Position numbers and translations under genes: made by a program
NCBI RefSeq assembly: GCF_044704955.1
Contig: NC_091985.1
Span: 76,322,001-76,386,000, forward strand
Length of the DNA stretch: 64,000 nt
Origin: Pristiophorus japonicus
Lineage: Eukaryota
Direction: 5' to 3'
The notes under the pieces: model-generated
The model's database searches: none
What the model was told of the DNA's origin: nothing
The model's input: only the letters and a program-made list of their open reading frames with translations
Shown: one piece after another, positions 50,405-62,640 of the stretch
How positions within the stretch are numbered: position 1 is the first letter of the stretch
Layout: each line of letters begins with the position of its first letter

Positions 50405-53400
50405 GCGGCCGCAACCGTGACTCCAGGATGGTATGTTGCCTCCCTGGTGCAAGGGTCAAGGATGTCTCGGAGCGGGTGGAGGACATTCTAAAAAGGGAGG
50501 GAGAACAGCCAGTTGTCGTGGTGCACGTTGGTACCAATGACATAGGTAAAAAAAGGGATGAGTTCCTACGAAATGAATTTAAGGAGCTAGGAGCTAAATT
50601 AAAAAGTAGGACCTCAAAAGTAGTAATCTCGGGATTGCTACCAGTGCCACGTGCTAGTCAGAGTAGGAATCGCAGGATAGCTCAGATGAATACGTGGCTT
50701 GAGCAATGGTGCAGCAGGGAGGGATTCAAATTCCTGGGGCATTGGAACCGGTTCTGGGGGAGGTGGGACCAGTACAATCCGGACGGTCTGCACCTGGGCA
50801 GAATCGGAACCAATGTCCTCGGGGGAGTGTTTGCTAGTGCTGTTGGGGAGGAGTTAAACTAATATGGCAGGGGGATGGGAACCAATGCAGGGAGATAGAG
50901 GGAAACAAAAAGGAGGCAAAAACAAAAGACAGAAAGGAGATGAGGAAAAGTGGAGGGCAGAGAAACCCAAGGCAAAGAACAAAAAGGGCCATTGTACAGC
51001 AAAATTCTAAAAGGACAGAGGGTGTTAAAAAAACAAGCCTAAAGGCTTTGTGTCTTAATGCAAGGAGTATCCGCAATAAGGTGGATGAATTAACTGTGCA
51101 AATAGATGTTAACAAATATGATGTGATTGGGATTACGGAGACGTGGCTCCAGGATGAGCAGGGCTGGGAACTCAACATCCAGGGGTATTCAACATTCAGG
51201 AAGGATAGAATAAAAGGAAAAGGAGGTGGGGTAGCATTGCTGGTTAAGGAGGAGATTAAGGCAATAGTTAGGAAGGACATTAGCTTGGATGATGTGGAAT
51301 CTATATGGGTAGAGCTGCAGAACACCAAAGGGCAAAAAACGTTAGTGGGAGTTGTGTACAGACCTCCAAACAGTAGTAGTGATGTTGGGGAGGGCATCAA
51401 ACAGGAAATTAGGGGTGCGTGCAATAAAGGTGCAGCAGTTATAATGGGTGACTTTAATATGCACATAGATTGGGCTAACCAAACTGGAAGCAATACGGTG
51501 GAGGAGGATTTTCTGGAGTGCATAAGGGATGGTTTTTTAGACCAATATGTCGAGGAACCAACTAGGGGGGAGGCCATCTTAGACTGGGTGTTATGTAATG
51601 AGAAAGGATTAATTAGCAATCTCGTTGTGCGAGGCCCCTTGGGGAAGAGTGACCATAATATGGTGGAATTCTGCATTAGGATGGAGAATGAAACAGTTAA
51701 TTCAGAGACCATGGTCCAGAACTTAAAGAAGGCTAACTTTGAAGGTATGAGGCGTGAATTGGCTGAGATGGATTGGCGAATGATACTTAAGGGGTTGACT
51801 GTGGATGGGCAATGGCAGACATTTAGAGACCGCATGGATGAACTACAACAATTGTACATTCCTGTCTGGCATAGAAATAAAAAAGGGAAGGTGGCTCAAC
51901 CGTGGCTATCAAGGGAAATCAGGGATAGTATTAAAGCCAAGGAAGTGGCATACAAATTGGCCAGAAATAGCAGCGAACCTGGGGACTGGGAGAAATTTAG
52001 AACTCAGCAGAGGAGGACAAAGGGTTTGATTAGGGCAGGGAAAATGGAGTATGAGAAGAAGCTTGCAGGGAACATTAAGACGGATTGCAAAAGTTTCTAT
52101 AGATATGTAAAGAGAAAAAGGTTAGTAAAGACAAACGTAGGTCCCCTGCAGTCAGAATCAGGGGAAGTCATAACGGGGAACAAAGAAATGGCGGACCAAT
52201 TGAACAAGTACTTTGGTTCGGTATTCACGAAGGAGGACACGAACAACCTTCCGGTTATAAAAGGGGTCGGGGGGTCTAGTAAGGAGGAGGAACTGAGGGA
52301 AATCCTTATTAGCCGGGAAATTGTGTTGGGGAAATTGATGGGATTGAAGGCCGATAAATCCCCAGGGCCTGATGGACTGCATCCCAGAGTACTTAAGGAG
52401 GTGGCCTTGGAAATAGTGGATGCGTTGACAGTCATTTTCCAACATTCCATTGACTCTGGATCAGTTCCTATGGAGTGGAGGGTAGCCAATGTAACCCCAC
52501 TTTTTAAAAAAGGAGGGAGAGAGAAAACAGGGAATTATAGACCGGTCAGCCTGACATCGGTAGTGGGTAAAATGATGGAATCAATTATTAAGGATGTCAT
52601 AGCAGTGCATTTGGAAAGAGGTGACATGATAGGTCCAAGTCAGCATGGATTTGTGAAAGGGAAATCATGCTTGACAAATCTTCTGGAATTTTTTGAGGAT
52701 GTTTCCAGTAGAGTGGATAAGGGAGAACCAGTTGATGTGGTATATTTGGACTTTCAGAAGGCGTTCGACAAGGTCCCACACAAGAGATTGATGTGCAAAG
52801 TTAGAGCACATGGGATTGGGGGTAGTGTACTGACATGGATTGAGAACTGGTTGTCAGACAGGAAGCAAAGAGTAGGAGTAAATGGGTACTTTTCAGAATG
52901 GCAGGCAGTGACTAGTGGGGTACCGCAGGGTTCTGTGCTGGGGCCCCAGCTGTTTACACTGTACATTAATGATTTAGATGAGGGGATTGAGTGTAGTATC
53001 TCCAAGTTTGCGGATGACACTAAGTTGGGTGGCAGTGTGAGCTGCGAGGAGGATGCTGTGAGGCTGCAGAGCGACTTGGATAGGTTAGGTGAGTGGGCAA
53101 ATGCATGGCAGATGAAGTATAATGTGGATAAATGTGAGGTTATCCACTTTGGTGGTAAAAACAGAGAGACAGACTATTATCTGAATGGTGACAGATTAGG
53201 AAAAGGGGAGGTGCAAAGAGACCTGGGTGTCATGGTACATCAGTCATTGAAGGTTGGCATGCAGGTGCAGCAGGCGGTTAAGAAAGCAAATGGCATGTTG
53301 GCCTTCATAGCAAGGGGATTTGAGTACAGGGGCAGGGAGGTGTTGCTACAGTTGTACAGGGCATTGGTGAGGCCACACCTGGAGTATTGTGTACAGTTTT

Positions 53401-53945
53401 GGTCTCCTAACCTGAGGAAGGACATTCTTGCTATTGAGGGAGTGCAGCGAAGGTTCACCAGACTGATTCCCGGGATGGCGGGACTGACCTATCAAGAAAG
53501 ACTGGATCAACTGGGCTTGTATTCACTGGAGTTCAGAAGAATGAGAGGGGACCTCATAGAAACATATAAAATTCTGACGGGGTTAGACAGGTTAGATGCA
53601 GGAAGAATGTTCCCAATGTTGGGGAAGTCCAGAACCAGGGGTCACAGTCTAAGGATAAGGGGTAAGCCATTTAGGACCGAGATGCGGAGGAACTTCTTCA
53701 CCCAGAGAGTGGTGAACCTGTGGAATTCTCTACCACAGAAAGTTGTTGAGGCCAATTCACTAAATATATTCAAAAAGGAGTTAGATGAGGTCCTTACTGC
53801 TAGGGGGATCAAGGGGTATGGCGAGAAAGCAGGAATGGGGTACTGAAGTTGAATGTTCAGCCATGAACTCATTGAATGGCGGTGCAGGCTAGAAGGGCCG
53901 AATGGCCTACTCCTGCACCTATTTTCTATGTTTCTATGTTTCTAT
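50405..53945 (+). mobile_element. Young CR1 LINE, 5'-truncated within ORF1
   Basis: ORF1 esterase C-half (HVGTND, DGLHL) to stop at 50862; intact ORF2; (tttctatg)3 tail. Confidence 0.95.
50940..53846 (+). CDS. CR1 ORF2: APE endonuclease + reverse transcriptase, uninterrupted 968 aa (frame open from upstream of the ORF1 stop)
   Basis: NARS, ITETW, GGGVAL, YRPP, GDFN, SDHN, PGPDG, LDFQKAFDKV, GVPQGS, FADD motifs. Confidence 0.92.
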   Translation: MRKSGGQRNPRQRTKRAIVQQNSKRTEGVKKTSLKALCLNARSIRNKVDELTVQIDVNKYDVIGITETWLQDEQGWELNIQGYSTFRKDRIKGKGGGVALLVKEEIKAIVRKDISLDDVESIWVELQNTKGQKTLVGVVYRPPNSSSDVGEGIKQEIRGACNKGAAVIMGDFNMHIDWANQTGSNTVEEDFLECIRDGFLDQYVEEPTRGEAILDWVLCNEKGLISNLVVRGPLGKSDHNMVEFCIRMENETVNSETMVQNLKKANFEGMRRELAEMDWRMILKGLTVDGQWQTFRDRMDELQQLYIPVWHRNKKGKVAQPWLSREIRDSIKAKEVAYKLARNSSEPGDWEKFRTQQRRTKGLIRAGKMEYEKKLAGNIKTDCKSFYRYVKRKRLVKTNVGPLQSESGEVITGNKEMADQLNKYFGSVFTKEDTNNLPVIKGVGGSSKEEELREILISREIVLGKLMGLKADKSPGPDGLHPRVLKEVALEIVDALTVIFQHSIDSGSVPMEWRVANVTPLFKKGGREKTGNYRPVSLTSVVGKMMESIIKDVIAVHLERGDMIGPSQHGFVKGKSCLTNLLEFFEDVSSRVDKGEPVDVVYLDFQKAFDKVPHKRLMCKVRAHGIGGSVLTWIENWLSDRKQRVGVNGYFSEWQAVTSGVPQGSVLGPQLFTLYINDLDEGIECSISKFADDTKLGGSVSCEEDAVRLQSDLDRLGEWANAWQMKYNVDKCEVIHFGGKNRETDYYLNGDRLGKGEVQRDLGVMVHQSLKVGMQVQQAVKKANGMLAFIARGFEYRGREVLLQLYRALVRPHLEYCVQFWSPNLRKDILAIEGVQRRFTRLIPGMAGLTYQERLDQLGLYSLEFRRMRGDLIETYKILTGLDRLDAGRMFPMLGKSRTRGHSLRIRGKPFRTEMRRNFFTQRVVNLWNSLPQKVVEANSLNIFKKELDEVLTARGIKGYGEKAGMGY

Positions 53946-54219
53946 GAAGGGGAGAGCCATTGTGACGCGCCAGCGTGACGTGACACGTCTGCGTCACGTT
54001 GACATCATCAGCGCGGCACTGATGACTAGTCAGGGCGGCGGATCCACTGCAAGGGCACTTCCACCCCTCAGCCGCCACGACTTCCACCCCGAGCCAAAAA
54101 AATTCTAAGTGCCAAATCTCGCCGGCATCTCCGCCGCATAGGTTGCGGCGGAGAAAAACTTCAAAAAATGGAGGGTACGCCCCTTTTCAGGCGGAGGGCA
54201 GTTTCTACCCACAAGTCTT

Positions 54220-54492
54220 TTAGGACCGGGATGAGGAGAAACTTCTTCACCCAGAGAGTGGTGAACCTGTGGAATTCTCTACCACAGAAAGTTGTTGGGG
54301 CCAATTCACTAAATATATTCAAAAGGGAGTTAGATGAAGTCCTTACTACTAGGGGGATCAAGGGGTATGGCGAGAAAGCAGGAATGGGGTACTGAAGTTA
54401 CATGTTCAGCCATGAACTCATTGAATGGCGGTGCAGGCTAGAAGGGCCAAATGGCCGACTCCTGCACCTATTTTCTATGTTTCTATGTTTCT
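54220..54492 (+). mobile_element. Short CR1 3' fragment
   Basis: Matches 53671-53945; TSD aagtctt at 54213-19 and 54493-99. Confidence 0.9.
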
Positions 54493-57300
54493 AAGTCTTG
54501 GTTTCCCAGCAGCCATCCATCCAGTCTTACTGACTCTTGAAGTAACGGTGGAACCATGGATTACCATCAAATGAATGGCAACTGAAATAGTCATTCACAT
54601 GTATGATTGTGCACCTATGGTCACAGACCAGCTGCACATTTGTTTACTTGAAACGTTATCTGTTCATAAAAGGAAGACATTGGGGTCGAGCCCTGTATGG
54701 TCACACATCTGCCATCACTAATTCCACAGTGAAAAAGTGCAGGGCTCTTGTGCATTTTCCATAGGGAAACAGGCACAGCTGAAAGATGCAATGCATCTTT
54801 AAAAAGCCTGCAGAATTTTTCTTTCTCCCAAAGCAGCAATAGAACAGTACAAAAACTATTAATGAAGGGCTTTAGAGAAAATTCTGAAAATTGCAGTCCA
54901 CCTTAAAGAGCAAATATCCAATATGAGAGAAGGGGACTTCCAAACAGTCTCCCCAGCCACCCACACGCCCCATTGCATATGGGCAATGTTCAGGTGCTCA
55001 GAGCATATTATAGCGCTTTGCCCTCATTTAAATCTTTTTCCAAATTCATAATGAGCTGAATGCGGGACTGATTTCTCGGCTCTCAGTGCCACTAGAAGTT
55101 TCAGGGGATCGTTCCTGTGCTCCATGGGCACAGAGTGCTGAGCAAGCCTGAGGCTTCAACGTTACATAAAGTGGGAGCCCGATGCCCTTTGTACAGCAGC
55201 ATAATGGGCACCGAAAATTACATTACATCGATATCAAAAAAAACAACGCAAATGTTTAACATTGAAACATAGAAAATAGGTGCAGGAGTAGGCCATTCGG
55301 CCCTTCGAGCCTGCACCACCATTCAATAAGATCATGGCTGATCATTCCCTCAGTACCCCTTTCCTGCTTTCTCTCCATACCCCTTGATCCCCTTAGCCGT
55401 AAGGGCCATATCTAACTCCCTCTTGAATATATCCAATGAACTGACATCAACAACTCTCTGCGGCAGGAAATTCCATAGGTTAACAACTCTCAAAGTGAAA
55501 AGTTTCTCCTCATCTCAGTCTTAAATGGCCTATCCCTTATCCTAAGACTATGTCCTCTGGTTCTGGACTTCCCCAACATTCTTCCCGCATCTAACCTGTC
55601 CAGTCCCGTCAGAATCTTATACGTTTTTATGAGATCCTCTCTCATCCTTCTAAATTCCAGTGAATAAAGGCCCAGTTGATCCAGTCTCTCCTCATATGAC
55701 AGTCCAGCCATCCCTGGAATCAGTCTGGTGAACCTTCGCTGCACTCCCTCAATAGCAAGAACGTCCTTCCTCAGATTAGGAGACCAAAACTGTACACAAT
55801 ATTCCAGGTGAGGCCTCACTAAGGCCCTGTACAAATGCAGTAAGACCTCCCTGCTCCTATACTCAAATCCCCTAAGCTATGAAGGCCAACATACCATTTG
55901 CCTGCTTCACGGCTTGCTGTACCTGCATGCCCACTTTCAGTGACTGATGAACCATGACACCCAGGTCTCGTTGCACCTCCCCTTTTCCTAATCTGCCGCC
56001 ATTCAGATAATATTCTGCCTTTGTGTTTTTGCCCCCAAAATGGATAAACTCACATTTATTCACATTATACTGCATCTGCCATGCATTTGCCCACTCACCT
56101 AACCTGTCCAAGTCACCCTGCAGCCTCTTAGCGTCCTCCTCACAGCTCATACCGCCACCCAGTTTAGTGTCATCCGCAAACTTGTAGATATTACACTCAA
56201 TTCCTTCATCTAAATCGTTAATGTACATTGTAAAGAGCTGGGGTCCCAGCACTGAGCCCTGCGGCACTCCACTCGTCACTGCCTGCCATTCTGAAAAGGA
56301 CCCGTCTATCCCGACTCTCTGCTTCCTGTCCACCAACCGGTTCTCTATCCACATCAGTACATTACCCCCAATACCATGTGCTTTGATTTTGCACACCAAT
56401 CTCTTGTGCGGGACCTTGTCAAAAGCCTTTTGAAAGTCCAAATACAACACATCCACTGGTTCTCCCTTGTCCACTCTGCCAGTTACATCCTCAAAAAATT
56501 CCAGAAGATTCGTAGAGCATGATTTCCCTTTCATAAATCCATGCTGACTTGGTCCAATCCTGTCACTGCTTTCCAAATGCGCTGCTATTTCATCCTTAAT
56601 GATTGATTCCAACATTGTCCCCACTACTGATGTCAGGCTAACCGGTCTATAATTACCCGTTTTCTCTCTCCGTCCTTTTTTAAAAAGTGGTGATACATGA
56701 GCTACCCTCCAGTCCATAGGAACTAATCCAGAGTCGATAGACTGTTGGAAAATGATCACCAATGCATCCACTATTTCTAGGGCCATTTCCTTAAATACTC
56801 TAGGATGCAGACGATCAGGCCCCGGGGATTTATCGGCCTTCAATCCCATCAATTTCCCTAACATAATTTCCCGCCTAATAAGGATATCCTTCAGTTCCTC
56901 CTTCTCACTAGACCTACTGTCCCCTAGTACAATTGGAAGGTTATTTGTGTCTTCTTTCGTGAAGACAGAACTGAAGTATTTGTTCAATTGGTCTGCCATT
57001 TCTTTGTTCCCCGTTATAATTTCAGCTGAATCCGACTGCAAGGGACCTACGTTTGTCTTCACTAATCTTTTTCTCTTCACATATTTATAGAAGCTTTTGC
57101 AGTCAGTTTTTATGTTCCCTGCAAGCTTCCTCTCGTACACTATTTTCCCCCTCTTAATTAAACCTTTAGTCTTCCTCTGTTGAATTCTAAATTTCTCCCA
57201 GTCCTCAGGTTTGTTGCTTTTTCTAGCCAAATTATATGCCTCTTCCTTGGCTTTAACACTATCCCTAATTTCCCTTGTTAGCCATGGTTGAGCCACCTTC

Positions 57301-57432
57301 CATACATAAGAACATAAGAACATAAGAATTAGGAACAGGAGTAGGCCATCTAGCCCCTCGAGCCTGCTCCGCCATTCAACAAGATCATGGCTGATCTAGC
57401 CGTGGACTCAGCTCCACTTACCCGCCCACTCC
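57301..57432 (-). mobile_element. Very short CR1 3' end inserted in CR1 ORF2
   Basis: (ttcttatg)n tail plus 3'UTR similar to 42801-42920. Confidence 0.8.
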
Positions 57433-59539
57433 CCATTTTATTTTTACTCCAGACAGGGATGTACAATTGCTGAAGTTCATCCATGTGATCCTTAAATGTT
57501 TGCCATTGCTTATCCACCATCAACCCTTTAAGTATCCTTTGCCAGTCTATTCTAGCCAATTCGCGCCTCATACCATCAAAGTTACCTTTCCTTAAGTTCA
57601 GGACCCTAGTTTCTGAATTAACTGTGTCACTCTACATCTTAATAAAGAATTCTACCATATTATGGTCACTCTTCCCCAAGGGACCTCGCACAACAAGATT
57701 GTTAATTAGTCCTTTCTCATTACACATCACCCAGTCTAGGATGGCCAGCTCTCTAGTTGGTTCCTCGACATATTGGTCTAGAAAACCTAATGCACTCCAG
57801 GAAATCCTCCTCCACCGCATTGCTACCAGTTTGGTTAGCCCAATCAATATGTAGATTAAAGTCGCCCATGATAACTGCTGTACCTTTATTGCACACATCC
57901 CTAATTTCTTGTTTGATGCTGTCCCCAACCTCACGACTACTGTTTGGTGGTCTGTACACAACTCTCACTCGCGTTTTCTGCCCTTTGGAATTCCGCAGCT
58001 CCACCCATACCGATTCCACATCATCCAGGCTAATGTCCCTCCTTATTATTGCATTAATTTCCTCTTTAACCAGCAATGCCACCCCGCCTCCTTTTCCTTT
58101 CTGTCTATCCTTCCTAAATGCTGAATACCCGTGGATATTGAGTTCCCAGCCTTGGTCACCCTGGAGCCATGTCTCCGTGATGCCAATTACATCATACCCG
58201 TTAACTGCTATCTGCGCAGATAATTCGTCCACCTTATTCCGAATACTCCTCGCATAAAGGCACAGAGCCTTCAGGCTTGTCTTTTTAACACACTTTGCCC
58301 CTTTAGAATTTTGCTGTAATGTGGCTCTTTTTATTTTTTGCCTTGGGTTTCTCTGCCCTCCGCTTTTACTTTTCTCCTTTCTATCTTTTGCTTCTGTCTC
58401 CATTTTATTTCTCTCTGTCTCCCTGCATAGGTTCCCATCCCCCTGCCATATTAGTTTAACTCCTCTCCAAGAGCACTAGCAAACACTCCCCCTTGGACAT
58501 TAGTTCTGGTCCTGCTCAGGTGCAGACCATCCGGTTTGTACTGGTCCCACCTCCTCCAGAACCGATTCCAATGCCCCAGGAATTTGAATCCCTCCCTTCT
58601 GCACCACTGCTCAAGCCACGTATTCATCTGAGCTATCCTGCGATTCCTACTCTGACTAGCACATGGCACTGGTAACAATCCTGAGATTACTACTTTTGAG
58701 GTTCTACTTTTTAATTTAAGTCCTAGCTCCCTAAATTCGTCTCGTAGGACCTCATCCAGTTTTTTACCTATATCGTTGGTACCTATATGCACCCCGACAA
58801 CTGACTGTTCACTCTCGCTTTTCAGAATATCCTGCACCCGCTCCGGGACATCCTTGACCCTTGCACCAGGGAGGCAACATACCATTCTGGAGTCTCGCTT
58901 GTGGCCGCAAAAACGCCTATCTATTCCCCTTACAATTGAATCCCCTATCACTATCGCTCTCCCTCTCTTTTTCCTGCCCTCCTGTGCAGTAGAGCCAGCC
59001 ACGGTGCCATGAACTTGGCTGCTGCTGCTCTCCCCTGATGAGTCATCCCCCTCAACAGTACTCAAAGCGGTGTATCTGTTTTGCAGAGGGATGACCGCAG
59101 GGGATCCCTGCACTACCTTCCTTGCACTGCTCTTCCTGTTGGTCTTCCATTCCCTACCTGGCTGTGGACCCTTTACCTGCGGTAAGACCAACTCACTAAA
59201 TGTGCTATTCACATCATTCTCAGCATCGTGCATGCTCCAGAGTGAATCCACCCACAGCTCCAGTTCCGTAATGCAGTCCGTCAGGAGCTGCAGGCGGATA
59301 CACTTCCCACATGGTACACGAGGAGCATAACACGTGTCCGAGCTGTCCTGCCATGACTTAACCCTTAGATAAATTTAAATTGGCAACAACAATGCTAAAT
59401 GTTACTTACTGATATAGAAAAGAAAAAAGAAAAGCTACTTACCAATCACCAGCCAATCACTTACCCCCTTGACTGTGATGTCACCTTTTGATTTCTTTCT
59501 ACTTCTTTTTTGACACCCTGCTGCAGCTGCACTGGTAGG

Positions 59540-59758
59540 CCTCTCGGAACGCTGGGCCTTCTCGGCCTCCCCATGCTCGCCTCACCAATGCTGCTCCGAC
59601 TGCCGCCTCTCCGAACTCTGGGCCTTCTCGGCCTCCCCACGCTCGCCTCACCAACGCTGCTCCGACTGCCGCCTCTCCGAACGCTGGGCCTTCTCGGCCT
59701 CCCCACGCTCGCCTCACCAATGCTGCTCCGACTGCCGCCTCTCCGAATGCTGGGCCTT
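59540..59758. repeat. 66-bp tandem repeat (~3.3 copies) at the CR1 5' end
   Basis: Unit ctctccgaacgctgggccttctcggcctccccacgctcgcctcaccaatgctgctccgactgccgc. Confidence 0.85.
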
Positions 59759-60199
59759 TACCCACAAGGCTTGGAGTTCACAAAAAGGAAGTGATCATCT
59801 TCTTGTATTTAAGAAATCCTGAGGTCGATTCCCCATCCATGTTTCCTGGTAATCATTGCATGATCAGGCTAGAGGGGCTTAGAGACTCGGGCAAGCAGGA
59901 CAGAGGTCCATTTATCACCAATGTTGCCCAGTGTATGATTTTTCACCCAATTTCTGATTTTGTGATACACCCTCATTAAGGGCCTCAATTGTTAGCTGGA
60001 AATGCCATTTCCTGTTTTTGTTTGCTGGCAATTCACCAATATTGTTGTGCCTACTTTAAATATGCACTGGCGAGTAAGATTGGGCATTCATTTTGTTTAG
60101 TACACTCTTAAAGGTGAGTGCTATTATTACATTCATAAGTTACTTTAACAGGGATACAGATTTGAATGTCTTTGGTGAACAACTGGTTTATTCATCCAT

Positions 60200-61590
60200 C
60201 GCCAGATCTGACTGGACTAAAAGCATTATCGGGTTATGTTCTCCACTGCTAAAACTGCTCACTATTCAAAGATCATCCAAGAATGCAAAGATAATCCACT
60301 GTTTCTCTTCTCCACCACGAACTATTTTCTTTACCACCCTTCTCTGTCTCCTCCATCCTCACCTCCGACAATTAGTGCGAGGAGCTCATGGACTTTTTTG
60401 TCACAAAGATTGAGACAAAGATTGAGGTTCAGTTGCCTCTGCCACTTCCCTCCCTTCCTCTAGTCCATTGGGATAAACTTCCCCAAATTTCCCCCGCTGC
60501 TCTAGCCCTGAACTCATGTCTTTCTCTAGATTCCATCCCATCTCCTGCCTTGCTCTCTCCGATCTCATCTTGTCCATGAGACCCACCTCCTGCTCTTCGA
60601 TCCTATTTCATTCAAACTGCTGATCACGCAACTTCCTGTTCTGGGCCCCATATTTGCTGATATTGTTAACTGTTCCCCCTGCTCAGAAACTGTTCCCCGC
60701 CCCCACTTTAAAATCTGCTGTCATCACCTCTCTCCTTAAAAACACCCACCCTTGACCCCTCTGTCCTTGCAAACTACTCCCCCATCTCCAACCTCCCTTT
60801 CCTCTTCAAAGTCTTTGAATGTGTTGACGCTTCCCAAATCTGTGCCCATCTTTCCTGCAATTCCATCTTTTAATCCCTCCAATTGGTCACAGTACTCAAG
60901 CAGCCCTTGACAAAGTCATAAATGATATTCTTTGTGACTGTGACCATGATAAACTATCACTCCTCATCCTTCTCAACATATCTGCAGCCTTTGACACAGC
61001 TGACCACACCATCCTCCTCCAATGCCTCTCCTCCATCACCCAACTGGGTAGAACTGCTCTAGCTTGGTTCCATTCTTATCTATCTAATCATATCCAGAGA
61101 ATCACCAAGAGTGGCTTCTCTTCCTGCTCCCACACCGTTACGTCTGGAGTCCCCCAAGGACTCCTTGACCCCCTTCTATTTCTCATCTACATGCTACTCC
61201 TTGGCCAAAAACACAATATCAGGTGTATGCTGACGACACACAGCTCTATCTCACCATCTACCCTTTGGACCCCTTCACGATCTCTGATTTGTCATACTGC
61301 TTGTCCAGCATAATTCTAGCCTCTTGTGCATCACCGACTTTAATCACTCCACTGTTGGCAACTGTGCTTTCAGGTGCCTTGACCCTAAAGCTCTGGAATT
61401 CCGTCCCTAAACCTCTCCACTTCCTTTCCTTTTTTAAGATGCTCCTTAAAATCAAGTTTTTGATCATCGGTCCTGATATCTCCTTCTGTGACTGTGTCAA
61501 AAAATGTTTTTTTATTGATATCGCTCTTGTTAAGCGCCTTGAGAAATTTTACTATGTTAAATGCGCTATATAAATGTACGTTGTTGTTGT
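60200..61590 (+). mobile_element. Degraded, internally deleted L2 LINE
   Basis: AKTAHYSKIIQECKDNP, PISNLPF, SAAFDT, SGVPQG, YADDTQLY; (gtt)n tail. Confidence 0.8.
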
Positions 61591-61899
61591 AGTAATTGTG
61601 CACAACTGCACATTTTTCATTGCATACGCTTCTGGTTTGGATTTTGACTTCCTTTTTGCGGCCCCCATTATTCGAGATCTCTAACTTGGTCACAGCTGCA
61701 ATTTAAATTATCGCAACCACAGTTAAGAAGTTTGGGAAAAGGAAGAGGAATATTTGAAGAGAATTGAGAGAGAGATGCATTTATAACTGGGGCAATCTTG
61801 CTCCCTCTGTTCTTACCCAGCCTCCCATGTTTACAGGTCAAGGCGTAGTGATCTGCAGTCTTTGACAATAATTGTTGACCACACCATCCTCCTCCATAA

Positions 61900-62640
61900 A
61901 CTCTGCCTTCAGTGGCTACACTTCATCGGTCACAGAAACATTTGTATCTCCTCAAATCAGACATGCCACAGGCTCCACAATAGGGACACATCTACAGGTG
62001 GCTGCCAATTTGACCGCTGCCGTAAACCTTTATGCCACTAGATCCTGCCAAGCAATTACAGGGGATTTTTGCCATCTACTCAACAAGCAATGCACGGATG
62101 CATTGAACAGGACACGGATGCCTTGTTTGCTGGGACAAATCCCTTCGTCACTTTTTCTATGGGAAGCAGCCAGCAACACAAAATAACCCAATACTTTTAT
62201 GGTTTTCCCAAAGTTCAAAGCATTATTGATGGCACACATCGTATCCCCAATCCCATAGTCTTCACATACAGAAAGTGGTTTAATTCCATCAATGCGACCA
62301 TATCAGTGACCTTAGCCATGAAGTTACGCATGTTTGACTCTCTGAAGTGGCCTAGAAGACCACTCCAATCAGCTAGGAATGAGCAATAAATGTTGGCCTT
62401 CCCAGCGACGCCCGCATCCTGAGAATAAAAGAAAAATTATGCACTTGAACGCCTACTACTCTATCAGTAATCATATCGTCTTCATTTTATGTCGCACTGT
62501 CACAATCTGTTGCACTATGTCATCCTACAAAGAGGCATTACCATGGAGAAGGAATGAGGACACCCAGCCACAATCATCGGCAGGGAAGGTCACTGAGACG
62601 CAACCTAAAATCATGCTTACTGATCCTGAGTTGTGGACAG
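61900..62640 (+). mobile_element. Degraded Harbinger transposase remnant
   Basis: LTAAVNLYATRSCQAITGD..GFPKVQSIIDGTH..RKWFNSIN. Confidence 0.65.

Larger units (their letters stand above)
49841..54210. mobile_element. Harbinger-like MITE (49841-50404 + 53946-54210) hosting a CR1
   Basis: TIRs gggccgaaaatgccc / gggcagtttctaccc; cccctttaactg|aagggg rejoins across the CR1. Confidence 0.65.
55262..59760 (-). mobile_element. Full-length-like CR1 LINE with 5'UTR, ORF1 (~59354-58451) and disrupted ORF2
   Basis: ORF 58451..59251 (IGDS, HIGTND, DGLHL); ORF2 pieces 58403-55490; tail at 55262-75. Confidence 0.92.

Noticed and set aside
50834-51859. 341-aa antisense ORF (also 34406..35083 and 57757..58257)
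   Set aside because: Exact antisense shadow of the CR1 endonuclease region; no independent protein features.
59461-59794. Repetitive Arg/Gly/Ala ORFs
   Set aside because: Translations of the 66-bp tandem repeat.
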